A program made the translations under genes and the position numbers. The notes below the pieces were generated by a model. It saw nothing but the letters and a program-made list of their open reading frames with translations. It was not told where the DNA came from and made no database searches. Positions 41,816 to 52,925 of a stretch of DNA of 64,000 nt are shown here, piece after piece. The first letter of the stretch is position 1. Each line of letters starts with the position of its first letter. Source of the DNA: the human T2T-CHM13v2.0 reference genome, Homo sapiens; the NCBI RefSeq assembly GCF_009914755.1, contig NC_060927.1, one strand, 5' to 3'.

Positions 41816-44276
41816 CAGGCATACCTCAGAAATATTGTAGGTTCAGTTTTAGACCACAGAAATAAAATGAATATTGCCATTAAGTCACACAAGTTTTTTG
41901 GCTTCCCATACATATAAAAGTTATGTTTACTCTGTATTGTAGTCTGTTAAGTGTGCAATACCATTATGTCTAAAAAATCAATGTACATTCCTTAATTTAA
42001 AGTACTTTATTGTTAAAAAATGCTAATGATCATCTTATCCTTCAGCAAGTTGTAATCGTTTTGCTTATGGAGGGTCTTGCCTTAGTGTTGATGGCTTCTG
42101 ACTAATCAGGGTGGTGTTAGCTGGAGTTTGGGTGACTGTCACAATTTCTTAAAATAAGAGAACAATAAAATGTGCTGCATCAATTGACTCTTCCTTTCAT
42201 AAAAGATTTCTCTGTAGCATGCAATGCTGTTTGATAGCATTTAACCTACAGTAGAATTTCTTTCAAAATTAGAGTCAATCCTCTTAAACCATGCTGCTGC
42301 TTTATCTACTAAGTTTACATAATATTTTAAATCCTTTGCTTTCATTTCAACAATCTTCACAGGATCTTCACCAGGAGTAGATCCCATCTCAAGAAACCAC
42401 TTTGTTTTCTCATCCATAAGAAGCATCTCCTCATCTATTTAAGTTTTATCATGAGATTGCAGCAATTCAGTCACATCTTCAGGCTCCACTTCTAATTCTA
42501 GTTCTCTTGCAATTTCCACACCATTTGCATGCAGTTATTTTTTCCACTGAAGTCTTGGTCTTGAACCCCTCCAAGTCATCCATGAGGACTGAAATAAACT
42601 TTTTCAAACTCCTGTGAATGTTGATATTTTGACTGCTTCTCCTGAATCACAAATGTTCTTAGTAGTACCTAGAATGGTGAGTCCTTTCCAGAAGTTTTTA
42701 ATTTATTTTGCTCAGATGGATCAGGTGAACATTGTCTTTGGGACCTATTTAAACTTTATTATTGTCTTATTTTAAGAAATTGCAACAACCACCCCAAGGA
42801 ACCCTACAAAATGTGTTTCTTCAATAATAAGACTTGAAAATTGAAATTACTTTTTGATCCATGGCCTGCAGAATGGAAGTTATGTTAGTAGGCATGGAAA
42901 CCACATTAAAATCCTTCTACATCTTCACCAGAGCTCCTGGGTGACTAGCTGCATTGTCAATGAGCAGTACTATTTTGAAAAGAATCTTCCTTTTTCTGAC
43001 CAGTAGTTCCCAACAGTGGGCTTAAAATATTCAGTAAACCATGCTGTAAACCAATGTGCTATCATAGAGGCTTTGTTGTTCCATTTATAGAGCACAGGTG
43101 AGCCTGTTTAGCATATTTCTTAAGTGCCTTATGATTTTAGGAATGGTAAATGAGCATTTGCTTCAACTTAAAATCACCAGTTGCATTAGGCCCTAACAAG
43201 AGAGCTAGCCTGTCTTCTGAAACTTCGAAGCCAGGCATTAAATTCTCCTCTTAAGCTATGAAAGTCCTAGATGGCAACTTCTGATAGAAGGCTGTTTCAT
43301 CTGCTTTGAAAATCTGTTGTCTAATGCAGCCGTCTTCATTAATTATCTTAGCTACATCTTTTGGATAACATGCTGCAGCTTCTCCATCAGCACTTGCTGC
43401 TCCATCTTGTACTTTTATGTTATAGAGATGGCCTCTTTCCTTAAACTTTATGAACCAACCTCTGTCAGCTTTAAACTCTTCTGTAGCTTTCCCATCTCCC
43501 TCATCCTTAATAGAAATAAAGAGAGTTTGAATACTGCTTTGGATTAGGCTTTGGCCATTAAGGAAACGTGGCTGGCTTGATCTTCTATCCATATCACTAA
43601 AATATTCTCCAGATCAGCAGTAAGGCTGTTTTGCTTCTTATCATTCTTGTGTTCACTGGTATAGCACTTTTAATTTTCTTCAAGAATTTTTTCCTTACAT
43701 TCACAACTTAGTTAACCTTGTGGCACAAGAGACCCAGCTTTTGGCCTCTCTTGGATTTCAACATACTTTCCTCACTAAGCTTGATCATTTTTAGCTTTTG
43801 ACTTAAAGTGGAAGATGGGTAACTCTTCCTTTTACTTTAACACTTAAAGGCCATTATAGGATTATTGATTTGCCTAATTTCAATATTGTTGTGTCTCAGT
43901 GAATAGGGAGGCCCAAGGAGAGGGAAAGAGATGGTAGAACAGCTGGATGGTGGAGCAGTCAGAACACACACAACATATATAGTTTGTTTGCCATTGCATA
44001 TGGACACAGTTCATGGCACCCTGAAACAATTACAGTAGTAACATCAAAGATCACTGATCACAGATCACCATACCAAATTTAATAATCATTTAAAAGTTTG
44101 AGATATTGTGAGAATTACAAAAATGTGACATAGAGACAGGAAGTGAGCATATGCTGTAGGAAAAATGGCGCCGGTAGACTTGCTTGACTCGTGTTACCAC
44201 AAACCTTCAATTTGTAAAAAAACAGAATATCTGCAAAGTGCAGTAAAGTGAAGCACAATAAAATTAGGTATGTTTG
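41816..44276 (-). mobile_element. Tigger1 DNA transposon, near full length (2461 bp)
   Basis: Terminal inverted repeats CAGGCATACCTC (41816, preceded by TA) and AGGTATGTTTG (ends 44276); continuous Tigger1-like interior. Confidence 0.93.
42241..43592 (-). pseudogene. Fragmented Tigger1 (pogo/CENP-B family) transposase
   Basis: Peptides EEFKADRGWFIKFKER...QQIFKADETAFYQKLPSRTFIA and KWFLEMGSTPGEDPVKIVEM...FKRIDSNFERNSTVG, separated by stops and frameshifts. Confidence 0.8.
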
Positions 44277-44329
44277 TCCTAGGCCTTGGGAATACAGGCT
44301 CTCTCCTTCATAAAACTTATAGTCTAAGG

Positions 44330-44535
44330 CAGAGGTCAACAAAAAAACACCTGTTGGACAAATGCAGCTTTTTTTCTGCCTTTGTAAATAAAGTTTTAAT
44401 GGAACACAGCCAACTTCATTCACTGTCTGTGGTTCTTTCCCTCTACAATGGTAGAGTTGAGCAGTTAGTACAGATTACAACAAAGCTTAAAAATTTACTA
44501 TCTGATCCTTTACAAAAGAGTTTGTCAAGCTCTTG
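44330..44535. mobile_element. MER58A (hAT-Charlie)
   Basis: TTTGTAAATAAAGTTTTAATGGAACACAGCCA...AATTTACTATCTGATCCTTTACAAAAGAGTTTG. Confidence 0.8.
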
Positions 44536-47320
44536 TCTAGTAGATTTATGACTTACTTTTCTGGAAATGTTTTTCTCTAATAGTAAAGGACTAATTAGGA
44601 CATGAATAAAAAATTACTGCAGAATGGGAACAAGTTTTAGTCTTTATAGCTTCCATCATTTCCCTATGCAACTTCTTCCCTCACTTTCTAAGAGAAAGAT
44701 TATCTTTTTGCAACTACAGGACTTTGTTTCTGATAGCTACCATATTTCTATTGCATTGTTCTCAACATTTAATCCCAGATGATCCTCCCAGACCTATAGC
44801 TTTGCATATCGTCCTTGCTTTTCTAACTAGAAAGAAGAAACAACATGCCATGTTACTCAACATGGCTAAATTAGGATACTCCTTGACAGACACACCCTTC
44901 AGCTGTGCCACCTAGAAACTTCTCCTCACATCCATTCCTTAGTAATAATAAAAAAAAATCTGACACCTACATTTACTTAAAATATGAAATCATCAACTCA
45001 TTTCAACTCTCTGGTCTCAAAATTTTGAGTGTGTTTAATCTGGTTAACTGCGTTAACCTTTCTCATTTAAAATGTACATGCTACAAATGTTTCAGAATTG
45101 TTTCTTTGAAAAGAAGACATCCTTCCACAAAGGATGGTTGAGGACAGCAATGTCATTATCTGTTAAAATCCTCCAGCCTTACTGGTGGTGGACAAGTGGC
45201 CCTTGGAACAGGAAATACTGATTTAAGCATCTGGCTTCCTGGCTAAACACGATGATATGCATTCTGAAAAAGCTTTGCTTATGGAGGGAGTAGAAACAAA
45301 ACTAATTGCAGATGGGCTGTCTTGTTGGAATGCATGGGGCATTAATATCTGATTTTGAAGATACCATTTGGACTTACTTTCTGGAAGGGCATTGGCTTGG
45401 GCAAATGCTGTGGAGAAGGGTTCTAAGTCTTGCTGCTTAGAAAGGGATAGGCTGGAATAACCATCAAAATTATCCCAAGCAGGAACTTCTGAAGCCTGTT
45501 AAGAGCAACGAACATAACTCTGAAACTTCATCCACCTTGGGTTCCAACTGACTGGCTCATGTAAGCTTCTTGTGGGAGGAGGCACATACCACTTGAACAA
45601 AACAAAAGTGGTATTTTCGAAAACGATGCTCAGGTTTCTCATTTCATTGTGAGAAAGGAAACATCTGAATACCAGGCAGCTCCAGAAACTGCATTCAAGG
45701 GTATTGAATTTTGATAGTGAGGAGAAAATTGGCTCTGTCACTTGCAGGTGAGCCAAGCCTACCTTGTCAGTGGAAAAAAGGATTTAAATGTGTGTCACCA
45801 CCAGGAAGGAAGTTGTGGGTCACAACCAGGAAACATCTAACTTAACAACTTGTTATGAGTTCACTAAATTTTTAGGAAAAAAGTAGAGAACCATGTTGTG
45901 ATTTAAGGTATTCTAGAGCTATTTGGAATTAAAACTTAAGTCAGAACTGTTATGCCAGCAGTGTGTAGTATCAGGCCAATTAGAAGATTGTGACATGACA
46001 CCTTAGGATTTTAAAGACTTTTAATTTTGAAATCTCGGTAGCATTTCAGTCTTAAAAATTGAATGTGTACATTTTCTTAGTCTCCTCCATGCCCATTCCC
46101 CACTGATCTTGCTACTTAATCCTAGAGATATTTGATTAAGGAGTACGTAGGACTGGCCCAGTGTTTGCTTGTTGCTTTAGTGGCTGTAGTGGGGCTGGAT
46201 CCATATTGAACAATGAAATACAGCAAAGGCGGTTGAAGCCTCTTGGGTCAGTGGTGACAGGAAGCTAGTAGTGATCATTCCAATTGAACAAATTAGGAGC
46301 CATGTTGAGAGATTTTCTCATAAGATATTTTTTGTGCCTATCTCATTGCGTACCTTAAATGTCCCATTTAGCCTTCTGGCTCACCTTTTACCTAAATATT
46401 GAAATAAATTTATCTGGAGCTCTATCCTGCTTTGAATAAAGACATTCACCTCTTTCTCTAATGTATCTGGGGACTCCTTGGTTGGGAGGCAAATGCTTAC
46501 AGATGCAGTTGCTTCCTGCCAACTCCTGCTCCCAACTCTTACTCCAGGATCTCCTTTGACTACCTGTGGCTTCCAGGACCCCACTGTCTCTGGGGCTTCA
46601 GCCTTCTTTTTTATGCTTTGCACTGCAAATATGGGTCCAACCTGCATTACATTCATGAAGGTAGCATTTTCCAGGGCTTGCACTTATCTGTGCTACGTAT
46701 TGCCCTTCACTTAGGGACCTTGGGAGTGGGGAGCATATCAAAGAGGGGCACTGCCCCACAGGAGGCCACATCAAACTGGGAAGCAGGCATTCCCTTCCTA
46801 GTGTCCATCACAGGGAGGCTTCTCATGGTGGTTTCTCTCCCAGGAGCCTGTTCTGCAGCCACTTCACTGGGGGCCCATTGCTTTCTTCTATTTTCATCTT
46901 CCTCCATTCTAGGTCCCACCTCTCTAAACCTCAACTGGGTCATTCATCCTCCCAGAGGAAATCTGAAAATTCCTTAAAGACATACATAGACCTCAACGGC
47001 CTAGGTAAGACATTCTTTCCCCTTATCAAGCTAAGTATGTTTATACCTTCTTTGTCTCTTTCTCTCCCAGACCAGGGTTGAAAGTACTCTTAAGAATAAA
47101 AAAACCCATAGTAACCAAAAAAAAAGGAAAACGTTTTCTGTTTAAAATGAATCCTTGCAGCCATCTTAGGTCAACCTTAAATCAATAGCCATACTATAAA
47201 ATAGCAAATATGAGTTTCTTCCCCAGTAGTTAGTGGAAAGAGAACCTTGACCTTGGAAAGGACCCCTTTCCTCTCCAATCCTCAGGCTTCTTTTCTATAA
47301 ATAGATTTGGTAGGTTAGAA

Positions 47321-47630
47321 CAGCATTTTCCCAAATGAGTGCTTCATATGTTAGTTTGGCAGGATGTTGATGAGTGTTCCAGGGAAAGTGAGTTCTGGGC
47401 TTAACTCTTGAGGACCACACACTCCAACAAGATGGAAAAAGGTTATTTGCTGCAGAACTTCTCAGATCTTTCAATAAGCTAATGTGCACTGTGACTATGC
47501 AGAAGAGAGATACAATACACAGAATTTCCCAAATGCATTTGGAAGATCTTCCCCCAGCTTTAAGTAAGAAACCTATTACTATCTTGCAAAAATGCTGTTT
47601 GTTGAACACTAACATCCTGGAGAACAATTA
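47321..47630. mobile_element. Old hAT-Charlie-type element (MER103/MER113-like)
   Basis: CAGCATTTTCCCAAA start; CTGCAGAACTTCTCAGATCTTTCAATAAGCTAATGTGCACTGTGA internal motif. Confidence 0.5.
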
Positions 47631-48529
47631 CAATTTCATGTTACCCTCTTCATGTTCACGTTCAGTTGCAATTGTTTCTACCTGTTCAGCCTGAATGAAG
47701 CAACATCAAATAAGCATAAAGGGCGGACTGGCTATTTCTTGATGGCTTTGTCTCGCTCTCTTTTTTGGGTCAGTCTTTAAAAGTTGCGGAGAATCTTCTT
47801 ACTTTCTCAAAAATTGTAAAGTAGAGTTCTGTGGAAGTTGATAATTGCAATGCTATCTGTCGAGAGGGCTCTGGATTCTATTATGGCTTCTGCTGTAAGC
47901 CTGCATCTACCTCATTGAGCTGCTCTTGCCCCCTGTTACCTGCAGCTCAGGGTTTCCATTTGAGGCATGGTTCTGATTAAGAGACTAAGGAGTCAAAGTG
48001 CTAGAAAGGTTAGGTTACTCCCTTGGCTCAGTGCCACTCTCCCACCTGATAATTCAAAGTACAAAATTTTATGTTTTGAAATGATTCAACACTTTTGTTC
48101 ATGCTGAAATGAAAATAGCTACTTTCTAGATTTTCTGATTGCAAAATTCTAGGTAAGTTTGTCAAAGTGGACGTTTTAAGATGAATGAGGGTATGTGAGG
48201 TGCATAGTTTTTCCTGTGGGGCTGGTTCTCTAAGAATATACTTGTCTGCTTGTTGGGTAATTCAGTATTAATTAGAGGCAAGGATCAAGGTGGATCCCAG
48301 GAAATATTTTGAAGCTGGTATGCTGCATAATCCTGACTTAATACCAATGACCCAGCAAATGTTCCCTTCTCAACATGTACCAAGTTGCTTTCAGAGCTGC
48401 TTTCTTCTCTCTCATTCCCTTATCAATCCACCCATTCCTGGTGTTCTCTTGCCATTAGATCTCTCTGGGCTCAAGAAGATATTTGATATACTCAACTAGT
48501 CTAAGGAGTGAGGAACTATGGTGAATGCT

Positions 48530-48960
48530 GTGATATGCCACCCAGATTTACTTTCAGGAATAACATACACCCCCAGCTTCTGGAAGTACCGACAGCAAAC
48601 GTCACCCAGTACCCAACCCCTAAAGGACCTGGCTTGGCTGAAGAAAGCCTTCTTGCCCATGGTCGACTGCCTCCAATGCCTGGTAGATGAGGAGATAAGG
48701 GCCTCTGTGCTTCAACTTGGAAAATTTCTGAGGGGCCATTCCAGCTTCTGAACTACCTGTGGCATAGGGTGAGGCCTCCATTGAGACTGCATCACAGCTC
48801 AACTTCTCCCTGTCTAATCCTATTTCCTTTCCTTCCTGCCAGTGGCATTCCTCCATAGTTGTTGATTTCAAGATCCTCCTTTAAAAAAACACACACACAA
48901 ACAAACAAACAAAACATAATTTCTCTATGCTAATCTTTGTCTTAGAGACTGCTCCAATGT
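48530..48960 (+). mobile_element. LTR16C-like ERVL LTR
   Basis: TCTGAGGGGCCATTCCAGCTTCTGAACT...GAGGCCTCCATTGAGACTGCATCACAGCTCAACTTCTCCCT. Confidence 0.65.
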
Positions 48961-49289
48961 ATAGCGGAGACTTAATATATTATCAATTTCTAGAGGACAC
49001 TTGTGTTTTAAAAGAATCTCATAGTGTTAGGGTTAAGTTTAACTAAAAATAATGAGCTACCAATGGTTCAATTGCTTGGCAGTGTAACATCTCAGAGAGA
49101 ATGGGAGAATACATTGTTCATGCATGAGAAAAGGAGTTTTTATTTTTTCTTCTAATCATTAGTGATTTGGGTGTCTTGTTTAAAACATCCTTTTCTAATT
49201 GGAAGTTGTAAAGGTACTGTCCTTTATTTTCACCTCAAAATTTGAAGATTTTGCCATTGGCAATTCCAGTTAGAATTGATTTTGTGTGA

Positions 49290-49590
49290 TTGGGTTTTCA
49301 TTTTTATAAAGTACAAAATGTCGGGTAAAACTAAGTACATGTTGTTTGGGGATACAAACATCTGTGACAAAACTATGTATAAAAGAAAGGGAATGATGAA
49401 TACAAAATTCGGGTGACTGCTTTGGTGAATGGAGGCAGGGAGTGGGATGGAGAGTGATATACAAGTCATTTCATTGGAATTGGTAAGGCTTTAATACTTA
49501 GGCGGAACACTTACAGGGTGTCCACTTTTATCATCAAGGTTAATGATATACCTATATATCACATATATTGCTCTGTGTACTAATATTATG
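49290..49590 (+). mobile_element. Old L1M 3' UTR fragment
   Basis: GGTAAAACTAAGTACATGTTGTTTGGGGATACA...AAGGGAATGATGAATACAAAATTC. Confidence 0.5.
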
Positions 49591-50834
49591 TGGCTTCTCT
49601 ATGAGAGAAAAAGGAAGAGAGAAAGTGGAGATAGTGAGAATCACCAACTCAACATTTTTCTGTAAAGGATACAAGAGAAATGGGCAGTAATTGGAGTGCA
49701 ATGTGGAAGTCATACAAGGTTATTTTTAAAGACATGAGATATGACAACAATTTGTAGGTGGATAAGAAAATCCAGCAGAGCAAGAAACATTTAAAATGCA
49801 GGAGAAAGTAGGAACATTTAAAGGAGCAATGCTTGTGTTCTTTCCCAAAACAATTTTCCTGCATTTTAACATTTGCCTAAATTATATCATTGGCCCTCCT
49901 GAATTGTATATCTCACCCATTTATTCATTTTTCCTCATTCACAAATATTATTCAGCTCCTACTAGGTGCTAGGAGCTCGTTCATAAATGCAGTTAGTAGT
50001 GAGATTTGTTTCAGCCACCTATGTTCATGAGCTTGCTGCTGCAGTGTCCTGCCCTTTCCTCTCTAAGTTATAACACAACTACTTTGCTAAGAGCCAAAAT
50101 CTGGATCCATCTACCTTCCCAGCCTCTTTAGGAAGCAATCCCCTCACTGAATGGCTCCAGTCAAACCCACCTTCTCTTGGGCTCTTTGACTTTCCAAAGT
50201 ACCTTCTGACTCAGGCTCATTGCACTTCTAGTCACTTATGCCTGTAGTTTTCTCTCCCCTAATTATCTCTTACTCTCAGCTCACATATATTCCCTCCAAG
50301 AGGGTATGTCTCCTGTTCCACCCACTTCACTTTGCCTTCACCATCTAAGTTTTAATATCCATCTAGCCTGGCTCATATAGTCCTGATTCACAATACTTAC
50401 TCCAATTGCAATTATGTTTGTTTGTTGAGTTCCATGGTAAAATAGGGAAAATCCACAAGAGTAGGGGCCATGACTGCTCTGTTCCCTCTTGTATGATTAT
50501 CTGAGTGCTTCGTGTGTGGTAACTGCTTAACACGCATGCTGTGGTCTCTGTTCTCCTGCTGCTTCCATTCTACACTGGAGAAAACTGAACTCAGCAAGAA
50601 AAGAAAGTTGTACATAGATGAGGAACTAATTCTTAATCCAGTTTTGTATCTATTACAGTTACAGGATTTGGTTTAGTGGCTACTCAGCAGTTTTTTTTTT
50701 TTGTTTTTTTTTTTTAAAAGAACTAATTGTTAAATCAGACCATGTTGAAGCTGGAAGGGACCCAAGAAGGCCTCATGGAAATATTTCTAGGGTAGAGAAC
50801 GACAGAAAAAAGGAAAAGGAAAAAACAGCAAAAG

Positions 50835-51045
50835 CTAAAAACAACTATTTACGAAGCTCTTAATATGCATTAGCCTTGTGCTAAGAGCTTTACCTAATTT
50901 AATCCTTTTGAATTTTTTGAGAGAAGGTTCTATTAGCCTTGTTTTACTGTTAAAGAAATTGAAACTCCAAGAAGTTATGTACTTTGCCTAAGATCATTCC
51001 CCCTAGTAAGAGGTGATGCCAAGACTGTAAGTCAGGTCTGCCTGA
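50835..51045 (-). mobile_element. MIR
   Basis: TGTGCTAAGAGCTTTACC...ATTTAATCCT...GAAGTTATGTACTTTGCCTAAGATCA. Confidence 0.65.
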
Positions 51046-51050
51046 AACTA

Positions 51051-51506
<456 letters not shown>

Positions 51507-51514
51507 GTCTATCT

Positions 51515-51678
51515 CAGCACTTTTCTAACTTTGATATACATATGAATCACATGGTCATCTTACAAAAATGCAGATTCTGATCCACTGGATCTGAAATGGA
51601 GCTTGAGATTCTGCATTTTTTAGAAGCTCCCAGTTGAGGACAGTTCTGCTTATCCATGTCCATGCTTTGAGCAGCAAA
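51515..51678. mobile_element. Second MER5A/MER5A1 adjacent to the first
   Basis: CATATGAATCACATGG...AAAATGCAGATTCTGAT...GAGATTCTGCATTTTT...CTTTGAGCAGCAA. Confidence 0.7.
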
Positions 51679-51919
51679 ACTCATATAACCTGAAATACAA
51701 ATTGTGTGTTGGGGATGGAGACTGGTATGGGTTTTGGAACTTCCTTTCCACTGCTCACAGTCAGAGCATTCACTGAGGATGATTATGCTATCAGATGGTA
51801 ATGGAAGCTGCCTTTGAAATAACAAAGTCCACCCCTGATTTTTGACCACCTCTTAAGGGGTAGAAGGGCAAGAGTGGCCTAGAAGGCTAATGAGGCTTTG
51901 AATGAGGATGAGGTTTTCT

Positions 51920-52075
51920 GTGATGTCAGTGGAGAAGCCTGTAAGACATGCCAAGTTCACGTGAACATTGAGCATGGACACCAGCCCCCATCCTTTTCAA
52001 CCTTTCAAAGCAATGTGACGTCACCAGCTCTAAAAAACCCGAGGTTCATAATGAAACTTGTAATCAGGTGAGTCT
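51920..52075 (+). promoter_or_regulatory. E-box and CRE palindromes followed by a consensus 5' splice site
   Basis: GTTCACGTGAAC 51955-51966, GTGACGTCAC 52015-52024, CAG|GTGAGT 52065-52073. Function is inferred only. Confidence 0.4.
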
Positions 52076-52709
52076 TGTTTTGTTTTGAGTCCATTTACAC
52101 TTTTTCTCACAGTCCCTCACTTGGTGACTTCAGGAGCACACTCTGGGGGTGAATTCTGGGAACTCTAACTGATCTTTCAGGTTTACATAAAGTGGGTTGA
52201 CTCCCCTCAAAGAACATCACTGGCTTTCTTGTAAATCTTCTCTTTGGCTCAGAGAGGGGGAACCTGGCTTTCACGAATGATTTATACTTTTAGGGCCTGC
52301 AGGTGTTGTGCATGCTAGAACTTTGTTTCAATCTCTCCTCTTATGTAAATGTAGAGAAGATGATGCTGAGAGAACTGCCCAGAGCAGGGGACGGACTGGT
52401 CACACTCTTGAACTTCATATCATAGTGTTCTGCCTCCACTCTCCACAAAAGTTGATTAGAGAAACTGTTTGATCATTGTCCAATTGAACTGAGCCCAGCT
52501 TTTCACTGGAGTCTACTTTTTGAATAATATGCATTCTCCTCCTTGTATGGTAGGGCAGACAAGGTGAAGGGCACTTGCTGAAGGACAGCTCCACTTGAAT
52601 ACTTAGAAAGCACCAGATGCAGAGAGACTCTAAAATCCGGATAAAGGAAGTGTTTTCTCCCTGATTTGTACCACCATGTGGAAATAAAGGAAGTGGAAAA
52701 GTATGGACT

Positions 52710-52925
52710 TAGCAGTCTAACAGACCAGGATTGGCATTCTGGTTCCCTCACTTATTAGCAGTGTTGCCTTAGGCAGGCTATTTCACTTTTTAAGATTTGG
52801 CTTTCCTATCCGTAAATAGGAATAAAGCAACTAACATGATATTGTGAGTATGAGGATTAGATCCCATGAAATAAGCAAAGTCCTCTGCACCTGGAGTGTA
52901 GGATGTGCTCCATAAAAATTAGCCC
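52710..52925 (+). mobile_element. MIR
   Basis: CACTTATTAGCAGTGTTGCCTTAGGCAGG...TTTCCTATCCGTAAATAGGAATAA...TGAGGATTAGAT. Confidence 0.65.

Noticed and set aside
45640-45755. Possible exon ending at CAG|GTGAGC (~45748)
   Set aside because: No convincing acceptor or reading frame; such donors are common by chance.
50691-50715. Orphan poly(T) tract as a retrocopy tail
   Set aside because: Interrupted, with no TSD or recognisable element body; treated as a simple repeat.
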